Below, piece by piece: positions 9,562 through 16,618 of a DNA stretch of 32,000 nucleotides. The translations under genes and the position numbers were made by a program. The stretch spans positions 450,001 to 482,000 of the forward strand of contig NC_008698.1 in the NCBI RefSeq assembly GCF_000015225.1, given 5' to 3'. How positions within the stretch are numbered: position 1 is the stretch's first letter; every line of letters begins with the position of its first letter. The notes below the pieces were generated by a model. It saw only the letters and a list, made by a program, of their open reading frames with translations. It was not told where the DNA came from and did no database searches. This stretch comes from Thermofilum pendens Hrk 5. GTDB taxonomy: Archaea > Thermoproteota > Thermoprotei > Thermofilales > Thermofilaceae.

Positions 9562-10029
9562 CTACTCTACCTTTACTTCTACTTCCTTCTCGGCGCCACT
9601 CTTGGGTACAAGCACCACGAGCACTCCGTCCTCAAACCTTGCACGAGCCTGCTCGGGCCTCACCTTAACCGGTAGCGAGATCTTCTTGTAAACCTGCTTG
9701 TAAAGCCTTTGCCTTTGAATGTACTTCCTAGAATCCTCATCCTTAACTCTTTCCTCGCTCTTCTCCGCGAAAACTTCCAGAGAGTCTTCGGTAACCCTTA
9801 TCTTGATCTCGTTTTTCCGGAAGCCCGGCAAATCCACGTAGACAGCTAAGGAGTCGCCCCTATCCTCTATATCGTAGAGCGGATCCAGCATTCTAAGCTT
9901 GTCCGGGTATAACGCGAAGTGCTTCGCCCATATCTCCCTCAGTGAATCGTTCAGCTCTTTCTGTATTCTAGCAATAGCTTCTGCCAGCTCAGCGGCAACC
10001 TTACCAGTATCATCACTCATGCTTCTCAC
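9562..10029 (-). CDS. Small heat-shock protein, Hsp20/alpha-crystallin family
   Basis: 155 aa. Alpha-crystallin domain (LAVYVDLPGFRKNEIKIRVTEDSLEVFAEK ... ISLPVKVRPEQARARFEDGVLVVLVPK). Confidence 0.9.
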   Translation of the reverse strand: MRSMSDDTGKVAAELAEAIARIQKELNDSLREIWAKHFALYPDKLRMLDPLYDIEDRGDSLAVYVDLPGFRKNEIKIRVTEDSLEVFAEKSEERVKDEDSRKYIQRQRLYKQVYKKISLPVKVRPEQARARFEDGVLVVLVPKSGAEKEVEVKVE

Positions 10030-10071
10030 CTAATGATGCTTAATACAAGTAAAAAATCTTTTCGGAGATTT

Positions 10072-10359
10072 TTACTCGACGACTATGTTGCTCTCCGGAA
10101 AACCGTTGAGCACTAGAAACTCTTTAACTTTGTACCTATGGTCTCCCTGTAGCTCTACGTGGTCATCCTTTATTGTACCTCCGCAGGCAAACTTTGCCTT
10201 CATCTCCGAGACCATTCTTCGAAGCTCTGGATCTTTAACATCGAGGCCCGTTATAATGGTAACGTCTCTGTGACCCTTGCGCTTCTCTACGCGAATCTTG
10301 ATCAGCTGTTGCTCCTTGAACACTCCCTTTAATATGTTATCTAATAGCTCCGCGCTCAT
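10072..10359 (-). CDS. sui1: Translation initiation factor aSUI1/eIF1
   Basis: QQLIKIRVEKRKGHRDVTIITGL...ACGGTIKDDHVELQGDHRYKVKEFL. The ORF is open to 10434. However, a perfect TTTATAAA box at about 10398-10405 (minus) and the usual ~95-100 aa length favour the ATG at 10359 (MSAELL). Confidence 0.85.
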   Translation of the reverse strand: MSAELLDNILKGVFKEQQLIKIRVEKRKGHRDVTIITGLDVKDPELRRMVSEMKAKFACGGTIKDDHVELQGDHRYKVKEFLVLNGFPESNIVVE

Positions 10360-10511
10360 TGTCTCCCGTGTCTGAATGGATTCTTCAACGTGCCTGTTTA
10401 TAAACATTTCGTCGCGCGCGTGGAATGCATCCAAGACTAAGGCAGTAGCATACCCGCGAAGTCAGGCGCATTAAGTTTAAATGCGCTTACCTTTTTCAGT
10501 AATAATGCAAG

Positions 10512-10588
10512 AGCCCGGTGGTGTAGCGGCCAAGCATGGCGGGCTCTGGCCCCGCAGATCCGGGGTTCGAATCCCCGCCGGGCTACCA
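10512..10588 (+). tRNA. tRNA-Gln (anticodon CUG), CCA encoded
   Basis: Acceptor AGCCCGG/CCGGGCU (A1-U72, typical of archaeal tRNA-Gln). Anticodon arm GCGGG-CUCUGGC-CCCGC. T arm CGGGG-TTCGAAT-CCCCG. TATA-like GTTTAAAT centred about 33 nt upstream. Confidence 0.9.
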
Positions 10589-10737
10589 CGGCATTCTACA
10601 CCCACATTCTCATAGTCTCTCAATCTTTCCCACAACCACGGTCGCGCGCAAACCGGGGAGCGCGCGTTACTTTTACGCGAGTTTAGCGTGCATTGCGGAG
10701 GAGGGGGCCGGGCACCTTTCCCTGCCGGTCTTACTCT

Positions 10738-12156
10738 TTAGTCTCCTGTCCCCAGCTTTTCGAGGCGTTCTACGAGGCTTTGCGCCTTGGGGTACTGCTC
10801 GGCTTTCGCCTTCGCGAAGGCGAGGAGTGTTTCTCGCAGAGCCGCGTCGTAGCGGGCGTGCTCGAACAGGGAGCAATGTGTAACCTGGTAGTATTCCTTG
10901 CTCCCCATTCGAACCACCCGGACGTCCCAGCCTTCCTCCAGCGCGCGCCCGTACCAGCCTGGAGGCACGCCGTCCACAGCTATACGGGCGTAGATATTGT
11001 TCTTCGTAGAGATGTAGACTAGGACTAGTCTAGCTCCCGCTACCTCGGCGTAGAATGGGCTAGGGCTTTGCCCGTTTTTCCTGCCCCTCCTCTGCGGTGC
11101 TCCGAAGCCGACGAAGAGGAAGTGTTTGATCTTAGCGCATCTCGTTACCAGTGATACGAACTTTGTGTACTCTGGTGCTAGCTCGACGGCAAGCCTAGCG
11201 TTGATTATGGCGCTCTCAGCCGGTAAGTAGATGTGCTCCTGTCCAACCCTGAAGTAGAGCCATCTAAGCCTTAGAAAGTATTCGAGCTCGCCGTCCCCTA
11301 GGAAAGCGGTCGCCAGTGCCACCGAGTCGCCGTTGAGCGCCCTGCACTCCTCAACCAACCTGCGGAACTCTACACGTTTAACCTCGCCGATAAGCCTTGA
11401 AGCCCAGCCTAGCTCATCCGCGTAGCCGTAGACGTTTGCGCGCCACTCAATGCTCATCCTGGTACTGCCGAGGACTCCTGCCGTGACACCTACGTCAACG
11501 TGGTCGCTTGGAAAAGCCGCGAGCGTACTGGGGAGTTGCCACGGTTGCGTCGTGGCGAAGCGCACGTCGCTGATACGCCCATGAGGGGGTGTCACATCCG
11601 TTAAGACCCACCCTTTCTGCAGGCTTCTAAGCACGTCTGGCGATGTCCTCGCGAGAACCTCCGGGAAACTAGCCTCGGTCCAGAAGCCCTCCAATGGGAC
11701 GTGTACGATCCAGTCATATGTAGGCTTGTGTGCGATGACGTGCCAGTTCTCTCCAGGTATGTATACATGCCAGACTTTACCCTTCTTCTCAGCTCTAAGA
11801 CCGTCGGCGCCGGCGTCGACTATTGCCTGTAGCCTTCCTCTGAGCTCCGTCACCGCGCTTCCCTCTCTCGGCTTCTCGTCGTCGTTCAGCAAGAGATACT
11901 TCCTCAAGTCATAGTCGATGAACCTGTAGAACCTGGAGTAGACTTCGTCCGGCACTACGCTGTAGCCGTTCACCAGGAAGCGCGTAAAGTCCCAGTTAAT
12001 CCCAGACACCGTATCGTAGAGGCCGCGGTAGTGTACCCTGCCCTTCCTCTTATCCTCGACCTCGGTCGAGTAGAGGCTTAAAGCCGCCCTCCTCCACGTC
12101 TCCTCCCTAACCTCTCCCTCGACCCCCTCATACCCCATCATCTTCTCTCCAACCAT
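10738..12156 (-). CDS. Hypothetical 472-aa protein (orphan to me), in a GC-rich inter-tRNA segment
   Basis: Long uninterrupted ORF with a divergent TATA (TTAAATA, 12170-12176). I recognise no catalytic motif. The segment RSLQKGWVLTD...ATTQPWQL vaguely recalls PaREP2-type Thermoproteales paralog families, but that is an unverified recollection. Confidence 0.6.
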   Translation of the reverse strand: MVGEKMMGYEGVEGEVREETWRRAALSLYSTEVEDKRKGRVHYRGLYDTVSGINWDFTRFLVNGYSVVPDEVYSRFYRFIDYDLRKYLLLNDDEKPREGSAVTELRGRLQAIVDAGADGLRAEKKGKVWHVYIPGENWHVIAHKPTYDWIVHVPLEGFWTEASFPEVLARTSPDVLRSLQKGWVLTDVTPPHGRISDVRFATTQPWQLPSTLAAFPSDHVDVGVTAGVLGSTRMSIEWRANVYGYADELGWASRLIGEVKRVEFRRLVEECRALNGDSVALATAFLGDGELEYFLRLRWLYFRVGQEHIYLPAESAIINARLAVELAPEYTKFVSLVTRCAKIKHFLFVGFGAPQRRGRKNGQSPSPFYAEVAGARLVLVYISTKNNIYARIAVDGVPPGWYGRALEEGWDVRVVRMGSKEYYQVTHCSLFEHARYDAALRETLLAFAKAKAEQYPKAQSLVERLEKLGTGD

Positions 12157-12218
12157 AATTAACCCCTCCCTTAAATAGTGGAAAGAGGCGCTCTGCGAGG
12201 GCGTGCTCGAGGGTTATC

Positions 12219-12428
12219 GTGCAGACGATAGGCGCGTTGTCGAGGCTACTGGCGAGCACTCTTAAGGGGGACGGGCTCTACAAGGCTAGGCTCGTCGAGG
12301 CGTTGGACGCGATCGAGGAGTTTCTAGCCTCCGTGGGAAGCGCCCCAGCGAGGGTCGAGGAGGACGAAGAGCTAGCAAGAGAGCTGGAAGAGGAGGCCGA
12401 GGAGCTGAGGAAGCTCGGGTTGATTTAA
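12219..12428 (+). CDS. Small helical acidic hypothetical protein (69 aa, GTG start)
   Basis: Divergent from the 472-aa ORF. Glu-rich C-terminal helix (EEDEELARELEEEAEELRKLGLI). Coding status is uncertain. Confidence 0.35.
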   Translation: MQTIGALSRLLASTLKGDGLYKARLVEALDAIEEFLASVGSAPARVEEDEELARELEEEAEELRKLGLI

Positions 12429-12474
12429 CTTTTTTCTCCCCCCTCTCTTTCTTCACGTTGGGCATGCCGCAGTT

Positions 12475-12648
12475 CTCCTGTGCGTTCCCGTGCTTGCCGA
12501 GGAGGAGCTCCCCGTCGACGTAGATCCCAGCGCCTATTCCCGTGCTTATAGTGACGTAGACCAGGTTCTCCAACCCCCTCCCCGCGCCCCAGTACTTCTC
12601 CCCAACCGCCGCCGTCACTGCGTCGCCCGCAAGGTTTATTACCCTTGG
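12475..12648 (-). pseudogene. Internal fragment of a ROK-family sugar kinase (glucokinase/hexokinase-like)
   Basis: Minus-strand translation is PRVINLAGDAVTAAVGEKYWGAGRGLENLVYVTISTGIGAGIYVDGELLLGKHGNAQE. This matches the ROK signature region (TxGTGIGxGxxxxGxLxxGxxGxAGE). It then degenerates (NCGMPNVKKERGEKK), and no N- or C-terminal kinase parts are present. Confidence 0.5.
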
Positions 12649-12670
12649 GTACTCTTAGAAAAGACTAGCA

Positions 12671-12800
12671 GGGCCCGTAGTCTAGTGGTTAGGATTCGTG
12701 TGCACGTGCACACGACTGAAGCCGCCCTTACAAGGTTGAGGCCGGGGGTTGACCCTGGGAGCGGCGGTGGTCCCGGGTTCGAATCCCGGCGGGCCCACCA
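12671..12800 (+). tRNA. tRNA-Val (anticodon UAC) with two introns, CCA encoded
   Basis: Acceptor GGGCCCG/CGGGCCC, D arm, anticodon stem CCGCC/GGCGG with loop CUUACA|..|C, variable loop TGGTC, T arm CCGGG-TTCGAAT-CCCGG. It is 130 nt rather than 76 nt. A ~25-nt insert sits after position 25/26 and contains the 20-nt perfect palindrome TCGTGTGCACGTGCACACGA. A ~29-nt insert sits at canonical position 37/38 and has a relaxed bulge-helix-bulge (CUUA/UGGG central helix). Confidence 0.8.
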
Positions 12801-12861
12801 ATTTTCTGCGCGCTAGAGATCGGCGCTATTCATTTAAAACGTTGTAACAGAGCTTGGGGTA

Positions 12862-13797
12862 ATGCGTATGTATGGAGCATTGGAGCTTTACTCGCGGAGT
12901 GTGTCTCCAAAGCTCTTCGGAAACGAGTGTAGCTTTGAAGAGAGTGCTTACGTCGTCGTGGGTGCTCCTTTTGACTCAACGGCGACCGGTGTACCCGGAC
13001 AAAGGTTTGCGCCTCAAAGAATACGTGAAGTCTCGGTAGAGCTCGAAACCTTTCTTCCCGACTTGCAAATAGATGTAGAGCGCCTCGCCGTCAACGATGC
13101 TGGAGACCTACCCGTATTAACCAGCGTAGAAGCCTTGATAGATATCCTGGGCGGAGTCGCCAGGGAAGTCTTGTCGTCCGGGAAAGGGCTCATCATGCTC
13201 GGTGGGGACCATTTCTCGTCCTTCCCCGTCCTCGTTGAAGCAGCAGGCAACGTGGACGAACTAGGCGTGCTCGTCTTCGATGCCCACCTAGATCTTCGAG
13301 ACGAATACCCCGTCAAGTGCAGGTACAGCCATGCTACGGTCTTCCGCCGGTTAATCGAACAAACGAAAAACGTATACATCGCGTACTACAAGCCGCGCGG
13401 ATGGAGCAGCGAAGAGTACGAATTCATGCGTCAATCGCCCAGGAAGCTCGCCGTTCTAAACACCCGGGAAGAGGTAGAAAGCTGGGTAAAGGAGCACAGG
13501 ACGGTATACGTATCTATCGATATCGATGCATTGGACCCCGCGTATGCCCCCGGGACGGGTACTCCTGAACCTATCGGCCTCGCTCCCAGGGAGCTCGTTG
13601 ACTCCCTACGCGCGGCGGTTCTCGGCTCAGAAAAACTCCTAGGAATAGACGTAGTAGAGGTTAACCCGCTAGTGGATGTTAACAACTTGACGTCAAGGGT
13701 TGCCGCGAAAATACTACTCGAAGCACTCGCAGCCATGTACGAGGCTAGGAAGATAGGCGCCTGCACGCGAACTTCTAAACACTTCTTAAACGGTTAA
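12862..13797 (+). CDS. speB: Agmatinase (arginase/ureohydrolase family)
   Basis: 311 aa. Mn-ligand motifs GGDH, DAHLDLRD and SIDIDALDPAYAPGTGTPEP. TATA-like TCATTTAAAA about 27 nt upstream of the ATG. Confidence 0.9.
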   Translation: MRMYGALELYSRSVSPKLFGNECSFEESAYVVVGAPFDSTATGVPGQRFAPQRIREVSVELETFLPDLQIDVERLAVNDAGDLPVLTSVEALIDILGGVAREVLSSGKGLIMLGGDHFSSFPVLVEAAGNVDELGVLVFDAHLDLRDEYPVKCRYSHATVFRRLIEQTKNVYIAYYKPRGWSSEEYEFMRQSPRKLAVLNTREEVESWVKEHRTVYVSIDIDALDPAYAPGTGTPEPIGLAPRELVDSLRAAVLGSEKLLGIDVVEVNPLVDVNNLTSRVAAKILLEALAAMYEARKIGACTRTSKHFLNG

Positions 13798-13798
13798 A

Positions 13799-13818
13799 GC
13801 CGCGCGCGAGATTTATTA
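13799..13818 (+). promoter_or_regulatory. GCCGCGCGCGAG element plus ATTTATTA TATA box (rpoP promoter)
   Basis: The CG-alternating run 13801-13808 lies 2 nt upstream of TATA 13811-13818. The TATA centre is about 28 nt from the in-frame GTG at 13842. Confidence 0.55.
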
Positions 13819-13820
13819 AC

Positions 13821-14009
13821 ATGGCTAGAAATGTAGCCCACGTGGTCGAGGCTGACTACTCCCTAAAGACGTACAGGTGCCTTAGATGCGGCCAAGTCTT
13901 CACTAAGGAAGAGCAGGAGAGACTACCTGGTGTACGGTGTCCATACTGCGGTTTTAGAATAGTCGAAAAGGTACGGCTACCCGTACCCAAAAGAGTCAAG
14001 GCACTTTAG
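13821..14009 (+). CDS. rpoP: DNA-directed RNA polymerase subunit P (Rpo12/RpoP)
   Basis: Zinc ribbon YRCLRCGQ...RCPYCGFRIVEKVR typical of RpoP. The true start may be the GTG at 13842 (leaderless, 55 aa), because the TATA box sits only 3 nt before the ATG at 13821. Confidence 0.85.
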   Translation: MARNVAHVVEADYSLKTYRCLRCGQVFTKEEQERLPGVRCPYCGFRIVEKVRLPVPKRVKAL

Positions 14010-14025
14010 CGCGCGACTTATATAA
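14009..14025 (+). promoter_or_regulatory. GCGCGCG-AC-TTATATAA promoter for the downstream sRNA candidate
   Basis: Perfect TATA octamer 14018-14025, preceded by GCGCGCG that overlaps the rpoP TAG stop. The predicted transcription start at about 14048-14052 coincides with the C box at 14052. Confidence 0.55.
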
Positions 14026-14049
14026 CCTAGGGGTCAAACTAGAGCTTAG

Positions 14050-14102
14050 CTGTGATGAGCCTTGCGAGATCTTGAAAGGTGACGAGTCGAACCCCTCTGA
14101 GC
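14050..14102 (+). ncRNA. C/D-box sRNA candidate
   Basis: C box GUGAUGA (14052-14058), 12-13 nt spacer, degenerate D' (CUUG/UUGA, 14071-14075), C' GUGACGA (14079-14085), 11-nt spacer, D CUGA (14097-14100). Dedicated TATA about 30 nt upstream. Flanked on the 3' side by GCGCGCG. Confidence 0.55.
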
Positions 14103-14107
14103 GCGCG

Positions 14108-15001
14108 TTAATATGGGCTACGCCGCGGTTTCTCCGCTATTACCCCGTAATCCTTGATTACCCTGACTATACGGAACCCCGCGCGTCTAAGCCTCTCAAC
14201 TACGCCCCTCTGGATGTTTACCCCTCGGTGCTTTCCCGGAGCACCCGTGTAGTGGAAAACCCTTCCTCCTTTTTTCAAGACTCTCCAAAGCCTCGTGTAG
14301 AATTCTGCGCTGTAGAGGTGCCCAGCGAAGGCGAACACCGGCGGGTCGTGGAGCACTTTGTCGAAATACTCCTCGGGAAGCTCTCCGACCACGTCAAAGG
14401 CGTCTCCCAAGAGTATACTTGCTCGCGAAAGCTTTTCCGAGAACGGGTTATGCTCAGCAATATACAGCACGTTCGGGTCTTTCTCTATAGAAACCACTTC
14501 CGCTCCTCTCTCCAGTGCGCGTATAGCCGTGTAGCCGAGACCCGTACACACGTCCAGCACTTTCTCCCCCCTGGCTACGCCGAGCATCCTCACTTTTCTC
14601 TCAGCATCGCTCAGCGGGTCTATACCCGTGATGTTGTGCATATGCACACCGTTGATTTCAAGCGTGGGGGCTACCCTCTCCCCGAGATACTTCAACTTGT
14701 AGTAGCCCTTTTCATCTCGTACCTCGACGAAGTACACTCCCTCGGGTCCAACGTATAACAGCTTATCCGAGCCCGCGAGCCTCTCCAGGATGCCTAACGT
14801 CAACCTATGCGTCGCACCCTCCAGGTTTAGAGAGACTTCTGACACGGTTTTAACTGCGCGGGCAATACCTAGCCCTATGTCTACTGGGAGCTCAAATTCA
14901 CCTGTAGGCGACTCTAAGACCTTTACCGCAGAGACCGGTGAGAGTACAAACCCCTTCCTCCTCCTGAACGCAAATGTGTCCACGTTTAACTGTACAGGCA
15001 T
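14108..15001 (-). CDS. Class I SAM-dependent methyltransferase (archaeal, N-terminal extra domain)
   Basis: 297 aa. SAM motif I VLDVCTGLGYTAI, acidic motif II VVSIEKD, and post-I/IV region ...LHDPP. The + strand ORF 14072-14758 is its antisense shadow. Confidence 0.8.
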   Translation of the reverse strand: MPVQLNVDTFAFRRRKGFVLSPVSAVKVLESPTGEFELPVDIGLGIARAVKTVSEVSLNLEGATHRLTLGILERLAGSDKLLYVGPEGVYFVEVRDEKGYYKLKYLGERVAPTLEINGVHMHNITGIDPLSDAERKVRMLGVARGEKVLDVCTGLGYTAIRALERGAEVVSIEKDPNVLYIAEHNPFSEKLSRASILLGDAFDVVGELPEEYFDKVLHDPPVFAFAGHLYSAEFYTRLWRVLKKGGRVFHYTGAPGKHRGVNIQRGVVERLRRAGFRIVRVIKDYGVIAEKPRRSPY

Positions 15002-15060
15002 CAGCGGAAAAAGCTTATTAACTCGGTTTCAGCAGTGAATATACGCGCGGAGACGCGCGG

Positions 15061-15148
15061 GCGGGGGTGCCCGAGCTAGGTCAAAGGGGGCGGACTGAGG
15101 CTCCGCTGGCGTTGGCCTGCCCGGGTTCGAATCCCGGCCCCCGCACCA
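15061..15148 (+). tRNA. tRNA-Leu (anticodon GAG), class II long variable arm, CCA encoded
   Basis: Acceptor GCGGGGG/CCCCCGC. Anticodon arm GCGGA-CUGAGGC-UCCGC. Long variable arm. T arm CCGGG-TTCGAAT-CCCGG. Confidence 0.9.
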
Positions 15149-15261
15149 TTCTCCCCAGCAATTCAAGAACTGGGCCCGGTCTTTCCGCTTTTCATCCTCG
15201 AATCGAGCACTGCAACGCAGTAAGAGATAAGTGTACGGCGGCGTTGATTATTAGAGTCTCT

Positions 15262-15855
15262 ATGCCTGAGGAGGGGCAGGGTGTAAGCCCTCGCGGGAAG
15301 CTCCCAGTACCGGTTGAGCAGTCAAGGATAGGCTACATTATAGGGAAAGATGGGTCCAATAAACGTCGATTGGAGGAAACCTTTAACGTAAAGCTGGACG
15401 TGGACTCTGCGACCGGAGTCGTGTACGTTGAGCCTGGCGAGGGTGCAACCCCTTACAACGTTTTCAGGGCTAAAAAAGCCCTGGAAGCAATATCGATAGG
15501 CTTTACGGTCGACGACGCGTTGCTGCTGGGGGACGATGCTTACGACCTAGAGGTTATCGACCTGTCCGAGGTTTCCAAGCGTCGCGAGGATCTCTCGAGA
15601 ATTAAGGCTAGAATTATAGGAACAGAGGGGCGCTTTAAAAAGACCCTCGAAGACATGACTGGGGCTAGGATCGTTATAGGCGAGAAAGCCGTGGGTATTA
15701 TCGGAGACTTCGAGCAAAACAAGGTCGTAAAGGAAGCACTCGAAAGGCTAATCGCCGGTCAGAGCCACCAGAGCGTTATGAAGTTTCTCGAAAGGATGAG
15801 CTTCGAGCTTAAGCGCAGGAGGACCCAGCTATGGGAGCGAATGCAGGGAATGTGA
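15262..15855 (+). CDS. KH-domain RNA-binding protein (archaeal Dim2/Pno1-like)
   Basis: Two KH GXXG modules (IGYIIGKDGSNKRRLEE; IIGTEGRFKKTLEDMTGARI). It lies immediately upstream of a RIO kinase, as in many archaea. I chose the start at ATG 15262 because the longer ORF (15067) runs through tRNA-Leu. Confidence 0.8.
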   Translation: MPEEGQGVSPRGKLPVPVEQSRIGYIIGKDGSNKRRLEETFNVKLDVDSATGVVYVEPGEGATPYNVFRAKKALEAISIGFTVDDALLLGDDAYDLEVIDLSEVSKRREDLSRIKARIIGTEGRFKKTLEDMTGARIVIGEKAVGIIGDFEQNKVVKEALERLIAGQSHQSVMKFLERMSFELKRRRTQLWERMQGM

Positions 15856-15867
15856 GGGCGAACACAC

Positions 15868-16593
15868 TTGGCTGAAAAAGACTCGTCCGTACGCGAGGTT
15901 CTCGAAGACGTCTTCGATCAGAGAACCGTGCTCGCCGTTCTCCACTTGATGAATCGAGGAGTACTGGCAAAGCTCTATGGAACCGTGTCCACGGGAAAGG
16001 AGGCCAGGGTATACTGGGGTAAGGATAGAGATGGGAGAGACCTCGCGGTCAAGATATACCTCATTGTTACCGCGGAGTTCCGTCGTGGAAGGTTGAAGTA
16101 CATCTTGGGAGACCCCCGCTTCGAGGGGGCAAGCCTGAGGGGAAGGGAGCTGATATACGCTTGGGCACGTAAGGAGTACCGCAACCTTAGGAGGGCTAGC
16201 CAGTTCGGCATTCCTTGTCCTAAGCCTATCGCGGTGTACGAAAATATTCTCGTGATGGAGTTTATAGGTAGAGATGGTGTCCCGGCGCCGCTCCTAAAAG
16301 ACTCTCCTCCAAGCAGGCCCTACGAGGCCTTTAGAGAGCTGCAATCGTACATCGAGAGAATGGTTCTAGAGGCCGGGTTGGTGCACGCCGATCTCAGCGA
16401 GTACAATATACTCGTCGAGGACGATCGTCTAGTGATAATAGACTGGGGTTCCGCTGTGCTGTCTTCCCATCCGAACGCCGAGGAATTCTTACTCAACGAT
16501 ATAAGAAATGTCTACAGGTTTTTCAGAGAGCTTGGAGTAGATACCGGGAGACCCGAAGAATTCTTCGAACATATACGTTCGCAGATGAGGTAG
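15868..16593 (+). CDS. rio1: RIO-type serine/threonine protein kinase (Rio1-like, no N-terminal wHTH)
   Basis: 241 aa. STGKEARVY nucleotide loop, catalytic LVHADLSEYNILV, metal-binding IIDWGSAV. TTG start 12 nt after the KH gene. Confidence 0.9.
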   Translation: MAEKDSSVREVLEDVFDQRTVLAVLHLMNRGVLAKLYGTVSTGKEARVYWGKDRDGRDLAVKIYLIVTAEFRRGRLKYILGDPRFEGASLRGRELIYAWARKEYRNLRRASQFGIPCPKPIAVYENILVMEFIGRDGVPAPLLKDSPPSRPYEAFRELQSYIERMVLEAGLVHADLSEYNILVEDDRLVIIDWGSAVLSSHPNAEEFLLNDIRNVYRFFRELGVDTGRPEEFFEHIRSQMR

Positions 16594-16618
16594 CCGTGCT
16601 CAAGGTTGCATAAGAGCA

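Noticed and set aside
10030-10071. AATGATGC as a C box in the hsp20/SUI1 spacer
   Set aside because: The spacer is only 42 nt, with no D box or second box set. The A/T-rich sequence is better explained as the hsp20 promoter.
10536-11022. ORFs 10536-10883(+), 10673-10876(-) and 10693-11022(+)
   Set aside because: They overlap tRNA-Gln or lie antisense to or nested within the 472-aa ORF. Their Arg/Pro/Gly-rich composition is typical of out-of-frame GC-rich sequence.
10589-12670. Integrated virus or plasmid with att sites at tRNA-Gln or tRNA-Val
   Set aside because: I looked for a direct repeat of the 3' part of either tRNA at the far end of the segment, and for an integrase (including a split SSV-type int). 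I found neither. It is therefore reported only as an anomalous segment, not as a mobile element.
12490-12816. 108-aa plus-strand ORF
   Set aside because: It runs antisense to the ROK fragment and then through the whole tRNA-Val gene, so it is not credible as a protein.
14072-14758. 228-aa plus-strand ORF
   Set aside because: It lies entirely antisense to the well-supported SAM-methyltransferase gene (14108-15001, minus strand). It has no motifs, and its 5' end is the C/D sRNA candidate. This is a typical shadow ORF in GC-rich coding DNA.
15067-15261. N-terminal extension of the KH-domain ORF
   Set aside because: The extension reads straight through tRNA-Leu (15061-15148). The conserved KH protein begins at the ATG at 15262.
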